The notes: generated by a model from the letters alone, not told the origin. A stretch of 64,000 nt of DNA from Promethearchaeota archaeon (GCA_019058245.1 JAHPZJ010000013.1:9166-73165); one strand, 5' to 3'; shown: positions 39,020-50,091, counted from the stretch's first letter. Made by a program: numbers and translations.

Positions 39020-42000
39020 ATGGAAGGATCAGTCTTAGTTATTGGTGGTGGGATAGCAGGGATACAATGTTCATTAGATTTAACTGAATTAGGGTTTAAA
39101 GTTTATTTAGTAGAAAAAACACCTTCGATTGGAGGTAGAATGGCTCAGCTTGATAAAACTTTTCCTACAAATGATTGTAGTTTATGTATTCTTGCTCCTA
39201 AAATGGTAGAAGTATTTAGAAATCCAAATATTGAATTAATGACTTATCATGAAGTTCAAAAAGTCTCAGGAAAATCAGGAAATTTCGCAGTTACCATTAT
39301 AAAAAAACCTCGATATATTGATGAGACAAAATGTAAAGGTTGTGGTGACTGTGCTGGTAGATGTCCGAAAATTGAAGCTCCTAATATTTTTGATATGAAT
39401 TTAGGTAAAAGAAAGTCTATTTATATTCCTTTTCCTCAAGCAGTTCCTCCAGTTTATTTAATAGATCCCGAATTATGCTTAAAACTTACTAAAGGTGTAT
39501 GTGGGGTTTGTGAGAAAGTATGTAAGGCAGAAGCAATAGATTATGATCAACAACCACAAGAAATAAAATTGAAAGTTGGTGCTGTCGTTGTTGCTACAGG
39601 TTATGACATGTTAGGAGCAGACTTAACCTCAAGATGGGGTTATAATTATAAAAATGTTGTAACAGCTCTAGAATATGAACGAATGCTATCTGCTTCTGGA
39701 CCTTTTGGAGGTCATTTATTACGTCCAAGTGATGAGAAGGAACCAAATGTAATTGCGTTTATACAATGTGCCGGTTCGAGAGATATACGGGAGGGAATTC
39801 CATATTGTTCTTCTGTTTGTTGCATGTATACTGCTAAAGAAGCTATTATTACTAAAGAGCACTCTGAAAATTCAAAGTGTTTTGTTTTTAGACACGATGT
39901 TAGAGCCTATGGTAAAAACTTTTATGAATTTACTCAGAGAGCTCAAGAAGAATATGGAGTAAAATATTTCCAAACTAAAATTAGTAGAATATTAGAAGAT
40001 CCAGAGACAAATGATTTAGTAATTCATTATGAAGATCTAAAAAGGGGTAAATTTAAGGATTTTAAAGCAAATTTAGTAGTATTAGCTACACCTTTAGTTC
40101 CTTCAGCAGGTACTAAGGAATTAGCAAAAATTTTAGGTATCGAATTGGATGATTATAATTTCTTTAAAGAAAAATCATATTATACTAAATCTTTATCCTC
40201 TAAGGAAGGTATTTTTCTAGCTGGATTTTGTCAAGGTCCAATGGATATACCAGAAACAGTTGCTGATGCTAGTGGGGTAGCGGCACAAGTAGCAACTTTA
40301 CTTAATTCCTACAAATTTACAGAAACAAAAGAAAAGATTATCGAGATACCAGAAAAAATTGTCAAAGAAACGGATACACCTAGAATTGGAGTTCTTATTT
40401 GTCATTGTGGTATTAATATTGGAAAGTATATTGATATTCCTCAAGTTATAGAACATATAAAATTATTACCTAATGTAATTTTTTGCGAAGATAACTTATA
40501 CTCTTGTAGTTCAGATTCCCAAAAACGAATCAAAGAAGTGATAAGCGAATATAATTTAAATAGATTTATTGTAGCATCTTGTACTCCAAGAACGCATGAA
40601 TCTTTATTCCAAGAGACATGTCAAGAAGCGGGTTTAAATAAATATTTATTTGATATGGTGAATATCCGTGATCAATGTTCATGGGTACATATGACGGAAA
40701 AAGAGCTTGCCACGGAAAAAGCAATTGATTTAATAAGAATGGGAATTGCTAAATCAAGATTATTAAAATCACAAGTAGAAAAAAAATTGAAAATAACTCA
40801 AACTGCATTGGTAATCGGTGGGGGAATATCTGGGATGACTGCCGCTTTAAATATTGCACATCAAGGCTTTACTGTTTATCTTATAGAAAAAGAGAAGTAC
40901 TTGGGTGGAAATTTAAGATACTTAAATATGCTATATCCTACTCAAGAGGATGCTTCAGTCTTATTAAATGAGACCATAGTTAAGGTTGAAAAGAATAAAA
41001 GCATTCAACTCTTTTTAAATTCCAAATTAGATGATATTAACGGATATCTTGGTAATTATAATGTTTATATTATCGATTCAGATAATCAGATCCATGAGTT
41101 AAAAATTGGTACAATTATTGTTGCTACTGGTGGACAAGAATTAAAACCTAATGAATTTTTTAACTATACATATACAAACCACAATGTAATTACACAACTA
41201 CAACTAGAGCAGAGACTAAAGGATGAAGATCAATCATGGTTACGTAAACTAAATCATATTACTACTCTATTATGTGTAAATGCTAGGCAAGAAGAGGGGA
41301 TAACTTATTGTTCAAACATATGTTGTGAAAGTGCTATAAAGAATATTAATCTGTTAAAAGAATTAAAGCAAGACCTAAAATTAATAGTTCTCTATAGGGA
41401 TCTTCAGATGGCAAAGAAAGAATTTGAAAGATATTATCGCGAACGAAGAAAAGATGCTATTTTTTTGAGATATGATTTAGATAATCCCCCTTCAATTAAA
41501 GAGATAAATGGTGGAACAAGTAAATTTGAAATTGAAGTTTTTGACACCAATTTGCAAGATAACCTCAAATTTAATACAGATTTAATAGTACTTTCGACCC
41601 CTATGGTTCCAGCAGACAATTTAGATGAGCTAGCTAAGATGCTCAAGGTACCCCTAGATAAAAATGGTTTTTTTCTCGAGGCTCACGTCAAATTAAGACC
41701 ATTAGATTTTGCGACTGACGGAATCTTCTTGTGTGGGTGTGCCCATTGGCCAAAAAATATACAAGATTCAATATCACAAGCAAATGGCGCAGCAGGAAGA
41801 GCGTGTAGATTTTTAAGTGCTGAAGAAATAACCACATCTGGATTAGTAGCAGAAGTAGATCAAGAAAGGTGTATAGGATGTGGAACATGTGAAGAAGCAT
41901 GCTCGTATAACGCAATAGAAATCACAGAAATCATAAAAGAATTCGAAGAGGTAAGTTTACCTGTAAAAAAATTTTCTGTAAATGCTGGTTTATGTAAAGG

Positions 42001-42100
42001 ATGTGGAACTTGTGCGGTGAATTGTCCCTCTGGAGCCATTTCTATTAAACATTATGATTTTGAACAAATTAGTGCTATGATTAAGACATTGGCAATGTAA
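39020..42100 (+). CDS. hdrA: Large HdrA-like flavoprotein with two FAD modules (Cys type)
   Basis: Same architecture as 33422-36463. Confidence 0.88.
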   Translation: MEGSVLVIGGGIAGIQCSLDLTELGFKVYLVEKTPSIGGRMAQLDKTFPTNDCSLCILAPKMVEVFRNPNIELMTYHEVQKVSGKSGNFAVTIIKKPRYIDETKCKGCGDCAGRCPKIEAPNIFDMNLGKRKSIYIPFPQAVPPVYLIDPELCLKLTKGVCGVCEKVCKAEAIDYDQQPQEIKLKVGAVVVATGYDMLGADLTSRWGYNYKNVVTALEYERMLSASGPFGGHLLRPSDEKEPNVIAFIQCAGSRDIREGIPYCSSVCCMYTAKEAIITKEHSENSKCFVFRHDVRAYGKNFYEFTQRAQEEYGVKYFQTKISRILEDPETNDLVIHYEDLKRGKFKDFKANLVVLATPLVPSAGTKELAKILGIELDDYNFFKEKSYYTKSLSSKEGIFLAGFCQGPMDIPETVADASGVAAQVATLLNSYKFTETKEKIIEIPEKIVKETDTPRIGVLICHCGINIGKYIDIPQVIEHIKLLPNVIFCEDNLYSCSSDSQKRIKEVISEYNLNRFIVASCTPRTHESLFQETCQEAGLNKYLFDMVNIRDQCSWVHMTEKELATEKAIDLIRMGIAKSRLLKSQVEKKLKITQTALVIGGGISGMTAALNIAHQGFTVYLIEKEKYLGGNLRYLNMLYPTQEDASVLLNETIVKVEKNKSIQLFLNSKLDDINGYLGNYNVYIIDSDNQIHELKIGTIIVATGGQELKPNEFFNYTYTNHNVITQLQLEQRLKDEDQSWLRKLNHITTLLCVNARQEEGITYCSNICCESAIKNINLLKELKQDLKLIVLYRDLQMAKKEFERYYRERRKDAIFLRYDLDNPPSIKEINGGTSKFEIEVFDTNLQDNLKFNTDLIVLSTPMVPADNLDELAKMLKVPLDKNGFFLEAHVKLRPLDFATDGIFLCGCAHWPKNIQDSISQANGAAGRACRFLSAEEITTSGLVAEVDQERCIGCGTCEEACSYNAIEITEIIKEFEEVSLPVKKFSVNAGLCKGCGTCAVNCPSGAISIKHYDFEQISAMIKTLAM

Positions 42101-42251
42101 TTTTGAATTAATAGTAATCAATGATTATCATAATCTTAATTTCTTATTTGACATTTGAGTTATGAAATCTAATCAGAAAAAATAAATTATTTCCTTTTTT
42201 TTCCTATTCATCATTAGTTCAAATTAATTAAAGTTCCATTAATCAAAAAAA

Positions 42252-43532
42252 GTGAATATTATTACTGAAACTTCAAAAGTAGATGATTCGAAAGAACTTA
42301 AAGATAATATCGAACCTTTTTTAGAAAAAATTTATGAACCTGATATAAGAAAATTATTATTAAGATGTTATCAGTGTGTTCGTTGTAGTGGTGTTTGTCA
42401 GCTTAGTAAGGTTCAGACATTTGAACCAAGTAGAATAATTCAAATGATATTAGAGGGTTTTGAAAATAAGATCATTGAAAGTGGTGTTTTGTGGGATTGT
42501 TTAACATGTAACGCTTGTCTACAGAACTGTCCTGAGGGAATAAATTTTGCAGACATAGTGAGAATGGCAAAATACAAAATGCGAGAATCTTATAATCAAA
42601 ATCCAGAGGATATTATTGCTCATAAGGGTGTATATACTACAATATCAGAAATAATGAGTGAATCTCATATAAATCCAGATAGATCTATGGAATGGGTTCC
42701 TAAGGACTGTGAGATTTCAAGACAAGGAAATATTATGTATTATGTAGGATGCTTACCATATTTTAATTTTGAGTTTGAAAATTCAGATTCTATAGCGCAA
42801 AGCACATTAAAAATATTATATCAGATTGAAAAAGAACCAATAGTAGTTCTTCAAGATGAAATATGCTGTGGACATGATCTATATTGGGGTCAAGGTAAAC
42901 TTAAAGAATTTATTAATTTAGCAAGGAGAAATATAAAAAAAATCGAAGAAACTGGAGTTAAAACAATCATAACTGCCTGTGCTGAATGTTATAGAACATT
43001 AAAAGTTGATTATCCAAAGATTTTTGAAGATTTTGATAAAAAATTTGCTATAAAACATTTAATTGAGTATATTTATGAAAATTGGAAAGCTAATAAAATT
43101 GAATTTAAGAATCCCTCTCAAAAGGAAGAGCCTATCCCATTTACTTATCATGATCCATGTCGACTAAGTCGTTTTTTACCTAAAGATAGTAGTATAATAG
43201 ATAATGTCCGTGAAATTTTCTCTCATTTAAAAAATCTAGGATATAAGTTCAATGAAATGCTACATAATAAAACTGATGCTTTATGTTGTGGTGTGAGTTC
43301 TTGGATGAATTGTAATGATCGTTCAAAAGCTTTACGATACAAAAGGCTATTAGAAGCTAAAGATGCCGGAGATATTATGGTCACATCATGTCCCAAATGC
43401 AAAATGCATTTATCATGTTTACAAAAAGATTATGAGGATATATCCTCTATCGAAATTGTAGATTTTTCTGAATTTTTAGTCAATTTAATATCTATTGTTG
43501 ATTCTACTCAAGAAAAGGAGGTAGAGCAATAA
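42252..43532 (+). CDS. HdrD/GlpC-like Fe-S oxidoreductase
   Basis: Paralogue of 32145-33422. Confidence 0.88.
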   Translation: MNIITETSKVDDSKELKDNIEPFLEKIYEPDIRKLLLRCYQCVRCSGVCQLSKVQTFEPSRIIQMILEGFENKIIESGVLWDCLTCNACLQNCPEGINFADIVRMAKYKMRESYNQNPEDIIAHKGVYTTISEIMSESHINPDRSMEWVPKDCEISRQGNIMYYVGCLPYFNFEFENSDSIAQSTLKILYQIEKEPIVVLQDEICCGHDLYWGQGKLKEFINLARRNIKKIEETGVKTIITACAECYRTLKVDYPKIFEDFDKKFAIKHLIEYIYENWKANKIEFKNPSQKEEPIPFTYHDPCRLSRFLPKDSSIIDNVREIFSHLKNLGYKFNEMLHNKTDALCCGVSSWMNCNDRSKALRYKRLLEAKDAGDIMVTSCPKCKMHLSCLQKDYEDISSIEIVDFSEFLVNLISIVDSTQEKEVEQ

Positions 43533-46500
43533 TGGAAGGAGCAGTGTTAGTAATTGGAGGAGGTATAGCAGGTATCCAAATTTCTCTAGATCTTACAGAA
43601 TTAGGATTTAAAGTGTATTTAGTAGAAAAATCACCTTCCATCGGAGGGAGAATGGCTCAATTAGATAAAACTTTTCCAACATTAGATTGTTCATTATGTA
43701 TCTTAGCCCCAAAAATGGTTGAAGTATTTCGGAATCCAAATGTTGAATTGATGACGTATCATGAGGTATTAAACATTGATGGTGAACCAGGTGATTTTAC
43801 AGCAAAAATTTTAAAGAAACCAAGATATATTGATGAATCTAAATGTAAAGGATGTGGAGAATGTGCCAATAAATGTCCTAAAATCTTAGCTCCAAATCTT
43901 TTTGAAATGAATATTGGGAAAAGAAAGTCAGTATATATTCCTTTTCCTCAAGCGGTACCCCCTATCTACTTAATTGATTCCGAAATGTGTTTGTATTTAA
44001 AAAAGGGGGTATGTCAAGTGTGTAAAAAAGTATGTCCTGCTGATGCAATAGATTTTGAACAAAAAGCTGAAGAATTCGAAATTAAAGTTGGAGCAGTTGT
44101 AGTTGCTACCGGTTTTGAAATGCCTGCTGATAAGTTATCTTCAAGATGGGGTTATAGATTCGAAAATGTTGTAAGTGCTCTTGAATATGAAAGGATATTA
44201 TGTGCATCTGGACCATTTGGAGGTCATGTTACTCGATTAAGTGATGAAAAGGAACCTGAAGTAATTGCATTTATTCAATGTGCGGGTTCTAGAGATCTTC
44301 ATGAAAATGTACCTTTTTGTTCCAGCGTTTGTTGCACTTATACAGCAAAACAAGCAATAATAACACAAGAACATTCAGAGAATTCAGAATGTTATGTTTT
44401 TCGACATGATATTCGAGCTTATGGTAAAAATTTCTATGAATTCACACAAAGAGCTCAGAATGAATATGGAGTAAAATACTTTCAATCAAAAATAAGTAAA
44501 ATTGAAGAAGATTCAGAGACAAAAGATCTAATTATACATTATGAAGATTTAAAGTCTGGAGAATTTAAAGATTTCCGAGCAAATTTAGTTGTTTTAGCAT
44601 CGCCCTTAGTTCCATCTAAAGGTGTTCAAGAATTATCGAATTCTCTAGGTATTGAACTAGATAAGTATAATTTCTTTCAAGAAAAATCATATTTTGACAA
44701 ATTAAAATCCTCTAGGAATGGAGTTTATTTATGTGGATTTTGTCAAGGACCAATGGACATTCCAGAAACAGTTGCTGATGCTAGTGGAGTAGCAGCTCAA
44801 ATTGCTGATTTATTAAGTTCTGTTAAATATACACAAATGAAAGAAAAAACAGTAGATGTGCCTGAAAAAGAAGTAAAAATCACAGATGAACCAAGAATTG
44901 GAGTAATGGTCTGTCATTGCGGAATCAATATTGCAAATTATGTAGATGTGCCAAAAGTTGTAGAATATATCAAGGAATTACCAAATGTTGTGGTATGCGA
45001 ATCCAATTTATATTCATGTTCTTCTGACTCTCAAATTAGGATTAAAGAATTAATTGCTGAACACAATTTAAATCGTTTTATCGTAGCCTCATGCACGCCT
45101 AGAACTCATGAATCTTTATTTCAAGAAACATGTCAGGAAGCAGGATTAAATAAATATCTGTTTGAGCTTGTTAATATTAGAGATCAGTGCTCATGGGTTC
45201 ATATGACAGAAAAAGACGCAGCAACAGAAAAAGCTATTGATTTAATTAGAATGCATGTAGCTAAATCAAAATTATTAAAACCCCAGAGAGAAGATAAAAT
45301 AGATATTACCCATACAGCATTAGTCATTGGTGGTGGTGTTTCCGGTATGACTGCAGCACTTAATATCGCAAATCAAGGATTTAAAACTTTTCTTGTAGAA
45401 AAAGAAGATGAATTAGGTGGAAACCTAAAATTCCTAAACGTTTTATATCCCGTTCATAAAAATGCTTTAGAACTTTTAAATGAATTAAAAGAGAAAATAA
45501 ATAAGAACAACAACATTCAAGTTTATCTAAATGCTGGATTAAGCAATATTAAGGGATATGTTGGCAATTATGACGTAGTTATAACTGATTCAAATAATGA
45601 AATCCATGATGTAAAAATTGGAACAATAATAGTTGCTACTGGAGGTAAGGAACTTAAACCAACAGGATTGTTTGGATACAATGATAAGAGTAAGAATGTT
45701 ATGACTCAATTAGAGTTAGAGCAAAAATTAAAAAATAAAGATACAAAATGGTTAGAGGGAATAAACCGAGTAACCATAATTCTATGTGTAAACGCAAGAC
45801 AAAAGGAAGGTATTACTTACTGTTCTAACATATGTTGTGCAACGGCTTTAAAAAATGTTAGAATCTTAAAAGAATTGAAACCCGAATTAGAAATTGTTGT
45901 AATATATAGAGATTTACAAATGGCTAAGAAAGAATTCGAAGAATATTATCGTGAAAGAAGAAAAGATGCTATATTTTTAAGATACGATTTAGAAAATTTG
46001 CCAGAAGTAAAGTTGAAAAAAGGTACTTCTGAAAAATATCAGATAAAAGTATATGATACTAATTTAAAAGATAATATCGAATTTGAATCAGATTTAGTAA
46101 TACTTTCAACACCTATGGTTCCAGCAGAAAATTTAAAAGAATTAGCTATGATGTTGAAAGTTCCATTAGATAAGAATGGGTTCTTCTTGGAAGCACATGT
46201 TAAATTGCGACCATTGGATTTTGCTACTGACGGAATTTTCCTATGTGGATGTGCTCAATGGCCAAAAAATATTCAAGATTCAATTTCTCAAGCTAATGGT
46301 GCTGCTGGGAGAGCAAGTAGATTTCTCAGTGCAGATAAAATAACTACCTCTGGATTAGTTGCAGAAGTTTCAGAAGAAAAATGCATTGGATGTGGAGAAT
46401 GCGAGGATGTTTGTCCTTATAAAGCAATAACCCTCATAGAAATTGAAAAAGAATTTGAGGATATTACCATTAAAGTCAAAAAATCTAATATCAATGCTGC

Positions 46501-46639
46501 TGTATGTAAAGGATGTGGAACATGTGCTGCAACATGTAAGGTTGGTGCTATAATGGTTAAACATTATGATTTTGATCAAATTTCCACAATGATTGATTCA
46601 TATTTATTAGAAAAGGAGGAAATTAAAAACGGTCTATAG
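43532..46639 (+). CDS. hdrA: Large HdrA-like flavoprotein with two FAD modules (Cys type)
   Basis: Close paralogue of 39020-42100. Confidence 0.88.
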   Translation: MEGAVLVIGGGIAGIQISLDLTELGFKVYLVEKSPSIGGRMAQLDKTFPTLDCSLCILAPKMVEVFRNPNVELMTYHEVLNIDGEPGDFTAKILKKPRYIDESKCKGCGECANKCPKILAPNLFEMNIGKRKSVYIPFPQAVPPIYLIDSEMCLYLKKGVCQVCKKVCPADAIDFEQKAEEFEIKVGAVVVATGFEMPADKLSSRWGYRFENVVSALEYERILCASGPFGGHVTRLSDEKEPEVIAFIQCAGSRDLHENVPFCSSVCCTYTAKQAIITQEHSENSECYVFRHDIRAYGKNFYEFTQRAQNEYGVKYFQSKISKIEEDSETKDLIIHYEDLKSGEFKDFRANLVVLASPLVPSKGVQELSNSLGIELDKYNFFQEKSYFDKLKSSRNGVYLCGFCQGPMDIPETVADASGVAAQIADLLSSVKYTQMKEKTVDVPEKEVKITDEPRIGVMVCHCGINIANYVDVPKVVEYIKELPNVVVCESNLYSCSSDSQIRIKELIAEHNLNRFIVASCTPRTHESLFQETCQEAGLNKYLFELVNIRDQCSWVHMTEKDAATEKAIDLIRMHVAKSKLLKPQREDKIDITHTALVIGGGVSGMTAALNIANQGFKTFLVEKEDELGGNLKFLNVLYPVHKNALELLNELKEKINKNNNIQVYLNAGLSNIKGYVGNYDVVITDSNNEIHDVKIGTIIVATGGKELKPTGLFGYNDKSKNVMTQLELEQKLKNKDTKWLEGINRVTIILCVNARQKEGITYCSNICCATALKNVRILKELKPELEIVVIYRDLQMAKKEFEEYYRERRKDAIFLRYDLENLPEVKLKKGTSEKYQIKVYDTNLKDNIEFESDLVILSTPMVPAENLKELAMMLKVPLDKNGFFLEAHVKLRPLDFATDGIFLCGCAQWPKNIQDSISQANGAAGRASRFLSADKITTSGLVAEVSEEKCIGCGECEDVCPYKAITLIEIEKEFEDITIKVKKSNINAAVCKGCGTCAATCKVGAIMVKHYDFDQISTMIDSYLLEKEEIKNGL

Positions 46640-46648
46640 GTGATATTC

Positions 46649-47083
46649 ATGTCAAAATCTAAAAATCAAACAAAAAGCAAAGGATTTGAGCCAAATATTT
46701 TGGTTTTTTGCTGCAATTGGTGTAGTTATGCCGGAGCTGATTTAGCAGGTGTTTCAAGATTTCAATATCCTCCAAATATAAGAATTATACGAGTAATGTG
46801 CTCTGGAAGAGTTGATCCCTCCTTCGTCTTAAAAGCATTAAAAAATGGTGCTGATGGTGTTCTTATAAGTGGATGTCATATAGGTGATTGCCATTATATT
46901 ACTGGGAATGAATATACTCGAGAGAGATTTGAACGTTTACATAATATTTTAATCAAACAACTGGGAATAGATCCAAAACGAGTACGATTAGAATGGGTAA
47001 GCGCCTCTGAAGGAAAGAGATTTGCTGAGGTAATTACAGAATTTACAAATCAAATAAAAGAATTGGGTCCCTTCAAAAGATAA
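46649..47083 (+). CDS. mvhD: MvhD [2Fe-2S] subunit (Cys type)
   Basis: [23 protein letters not shown]; GGTGA 5 nt before ATG 46649. Confidence 0.95.
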   Translation: MSKSKNQTKSKGFEPNILVFCCNWCSYAGADLAGVSRFQYPPNIRIIRVMCSGRVDPSFVLKALKNGADGVLISGCHIGDCHYITGNEYTRERFERLHNILIKQLGIDPKRVRLEWVSASEGKRFAEVITEFTNQIKELGPFKR

Positions 47084-47233
47084 AATCTTTAAATTATCAT
47101 TTAAAAACCTGCTTTTTATCCTGAATTCTTAATGTTTCTTAAAAAATTCATTTAACTAAAATTGATATAATTAATCAAAATCAGTAATTTTCGCATTAAA
47201 ATTTATAAATAATAAATAGACTAGGATAATATT

Positions 47234-47575
47234 ATGGTTATGCAAGAAATTGAAGAAGAACCAGAAAAAAGAATCAAAAAATGGTTAGAACAACTTCAAA
47301 CATTTCGAAATCCAACTCCTATACTTGAAAAAAAAGTACCAGAAGAATCCAAAATTGAAGCTCAAATAAGAGAAGCCGCCTATTATTTATCATTAAAAAA
47401 AACCTCTTATAAGGATTTGTGTTGGGCTTTAGCAGAAAGAATTCAAATAAAGAATTTTCGTAGTCCAAAAGTAGAAGATATTAGAAAAACAGCAGAAGAA
47501 ATCTCCAACTCATCAAAAACTTATGATGAATTGTGTTGGTTAATTGCTGAATTCGACATTTCAAACAAAAAATGA
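47234..47575 (+). CDS. Hypothetical protein with an internal duplicated helical motif (DUF2934-like)
   Basis: IREAAYYLS..SYKDLCWALAE / IRKTAEEIS..TYDELCWLIAE. Confidence 0.6.
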   Translation: MVMQEIEEEPEKRIKKWLEQLQTFRNPTPILEKKVPEESKIEAQIREAAYYLSLKKTSYKDLCWALAERIQIKNFRSPKVEDIRKTAEEISNSSKTYDELCWLIAEFDISNKK

Positions 47576-47623
47576 TAGCTTAAGATAATTTTTTGATTAA
47601 TAGTGTTAGGAATTTTATCCAAT

Positions 47624-47881
47624 TCAGATTAAGCTTTCAAAAATACTTACCCGTTTATCATAATTATCTTTTGATTTTCTAATAAAATTCATTTCAAGGA
47701 GTTTTTTTAAAGCGTAAGCGATCGTTCGTTTTGGTAATAGAGTTTTTTTAATAATATCTTTTTCTTTTAAAGGACCTCTTTGTTTTAATATATATAAAAC
47801 AAATTTACTTGAAGGAGATAGAGTGATAAGGTTCATCTTCTCTTTATAGTCATTGACAGAATAAAAATTTTCAATAATCAT
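47624..47881 (-). CDS. Small MarR-type winged-helix protein
   Basis: LSPSSKFVLYIL...LPKRTIAYALKKL...DKR. Confidence 0.75.
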   Translation of the reverse strand: MIIENFYSVNDYKEKMNLITLSPSSKFVLYILKQRGPLKEKDIIKKTLLPKRTIAYALKKLLEMNFIRKSKDNYDKRVSIFESLI

Positions 47882-48086
47882 ATATTTCTTCCTTTTAAAA
47901 AAATTAAAAAGTTTGTTGATATCTTCAATTTATATTAAACTCTTTTCTTATATAAGATTAATGGAATTCTATTTATTTAATCAATTGAACTAATGTTGGT
48001 TTCATTTTAAAACAAGATCAACATTTTTAGTTTCAAATTCTAACTATTTTAAAACAAATAATATATCTCTGCTAAAAAGAATAACA

Positions 48087-48650
48087 TTAAAAATTCCCAC
48101 AACCATCACATTTACCATCTAAAAATGCTTCACAATCCCTGCAGACATTTTTACATTTAATTTCTTGACTTTTACTACTGAATAGATTTATGGGAAGATA
48201 TTCTGGACACTTTAAACTTGATACAAATAGAATTTCAGAATGTAATAATCCTTTCTTATTAGTTGGTCCACAATAATTAATATATCTATGTAAAACTTCA
48301 ATACTTTGTCCAATTATTCCTATGATTAAGTTAAATCTTCCAGTAATTTGAGCTAACATAAAAACTCTAGGGCATTCTGAATATGCATCGATTATTTTTT
48401 TAACTTCATCAAAATTTTTCATTTCAAGAAGTATAAAGCAAGTTTTATAGTTTAGGGCACTGAGATTGATGTTACCTTGAACTCTAAGTATTTTTGAATC
48501 CTCTAATTTTTTAATTCTTTTTCTCACTCCAGTATGACTCATGATATCTTGATCTGATTTGAACACTTTTTCCCCTATAGAGATTAAACTTTCACGTCCT
48601 TTTTTATATAAAGCATTAATAACTTGTTTATCTATATTATCTAATTCCAT
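48087..48650 (-). CDS. Lrp/AsnC family regulator with a Cys-rich C-terminal tail
   Basis: MELDNIDKQVINAL, VRKRIKKLE, TGRFNL; tail CKNVCRDCEAFLDGKCDGC. Confidence 0.85.
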   Translation of the reverse strand: MELDNIDKQVINALYKKGRESLISIGEKVFKSDQDIMSHTGVRKRIKKLEDSKILRVQGNINLSALNYKTCFILLEMKNFDEVKKIIDAYSECPRVFMLAQITGRFNLIIGIIGQSIEVLHRYINYCGPTNKKGLLHSEILFVSSLKCPEYLPINLFSSKSQEIKCKNVCRDCEAFLDGKCDGCGNF

Positions 48651-48727
48651 AATTAATATGCAAGAATACTTAACATAAAAAGATACAATTATAGAATTAT
48701 AAGCAATGATATACAATTCTAAATGTT

Positions 48728-49669
48728 TTAGTAGTGAACAGGTTCGGGATGCACTTTATTTACAAATTTAGAGTCAAATATCTCTCCAACTTTAAGTTTT
48801 CGGGAAATATACTTTAAGTTATAAAGCGTTTTTACAAATCTCATTGTTGATTTAACATAACCTTCTGATAGAGCTATACAGTATTTAGGGGATATCCTTA
48901 AAACAGATTCAGCGTATTTTTTATTAATGATTCCAAATGTTTTAACTATTTTTTCAGCTGCTAATGATGGATCATTTCTAAGTAAATATGAAGCACTTTT
49001 ATGATGATACAAAAATTTTAATAAAATTGTAGAATCATTTTTAAAAATATAATCACGAATAAATAATCCATAGCTAGGATTATTTGACCATAATTCTTTT
49101 GCTTTAATAATTAATTGAGATTTTAATATTGTTGACACAAAAATTGCTAGGGCTGGAGTTCCAACTCCTGCTTCTAAAATACCATCTCTCATATCTTTTG
49201 CTATAAATTCTGCCTGTTCATAATTCTTAACTTTAATATCATCTAATAAATTGAATTTTTCTAAATAATACATTAATATAACATCATGAATAGATCCCTT
49301 ACTCGGAACCCCTATTGTTTTTCCTTTAAACTGGGAAATCGTTTTTTTTAAATTATCATCCAATTGCTCTTTTGTTTTGTATTCCTTCTTTGCAACCATA
49401 ATCGTTCCTTCAACATGACCTCCCGCTATACATTTGATATTAACACCTCGATCTATACCGATAATTGCAGGTGGTAATCCCATATAACCTATATCAAGTT
49501 TTTCTTCTCTAAATGCTTTAACCATAGCGGGACCAGTCCCGAACAGAATCCAGTTTACATGAATTTTTAAATCTTTTGTTAATTCTTCAGAATCCATTAA
49601 TACGTAATTTGTATGATAAAGAGTTGAAAGATGTCCAATATTTAATTTTGTTTTATTGATATTAATCAC
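48728..49669 (-). CDS. SsuA/TauA/NMT1-like substrate-binding-fold protein with no signal peptide
   Basis: GTGPAMVKAF..LDIGYMGLPPAI; KGKTIGVPSKGSIHDV. Confidence 0.75.
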   Translation of the reverse strand: MININKTKLNIGHLSTLYHTNYVLMDSEELTKDLKIHVNWILFGTGPAMVKAFREEKLDIGYMGLPPAIIGIDRGVNIKCIAGGHVEGTIMVAKKEYKTKEQLDDNLKKTISQFKGKTIGVPSKGSIHDVILMYYLEKFNLLDDIKVKNYEQAEFIAKDMRDGILEAGVGTPALAIFVSTILKSQLIIKAKELWSNNPSYGLFIRDYIFKNDSTILLKFLYHHKSASYLLRNDPSLAAEKIVKTFGIINKKYAESVLRISPKYCIALSEGYVKSTMRFVKTLYNLKYISRKLKVGEIFDSKFVNKVHPEPVHY

Positions 49670-49791
49670 TTAGCTAGGTCTATGATATATGCAATAATTG
49701 CTATAATTTTTAAATTTTATAATCCAAATAGATAAATGCAATATTTTTTTAGAATTTAATAATATTCAATTGAATTTGGATTTTAATTTTA

Positions 49792-50091
49792 ATGGGTTAT
49801 AATGTGATAAATATAAAAACCTCATTCTTTTCTTTATTAGAGGATATTATCGGTAAACAAGAAATTTCATTAACATTTGAAAACGAGTTAACAATTAGAG
49901 ATATTCTAGTGAAATTAAATTCACTAATTGGAAGAAAATTTGAAGAAAATCTATTTAACACCAGAGGAGCGCTAAATAAATACATTATTATTGGAATTAA
50001 TGGAAAGGATATTCGTAAACTCGAAGGATTGGATACCATGATTAAAGATGGTGATGAAATCTCTTTTTTACCTGCTATTGCTGGAGGGTAG
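49792..50091 (+). CDS. MoaD/ThiS/SAMP ubiquitin-like sulfur carrier
   Basis: NGKDIRKLEGLDT...DEISFLPAIAGG C-terminus. Confidence 0.92.
   Translation: MGYNVINIKTSFFSLLEDIIGKQEISLTFENELTIRDILVKLNSLIGRKFEENLFNTRGALNKYIIIGINGKDIRKLEGLDTMIKDGDEISFLPAIAGG

Noticed and set aside
38500-39020. Short ORFs 38500-38706 (-) and 38838-39020 (+)
   Set aside because: Low-complexity AT-rich translations with weak starts and no motifs.
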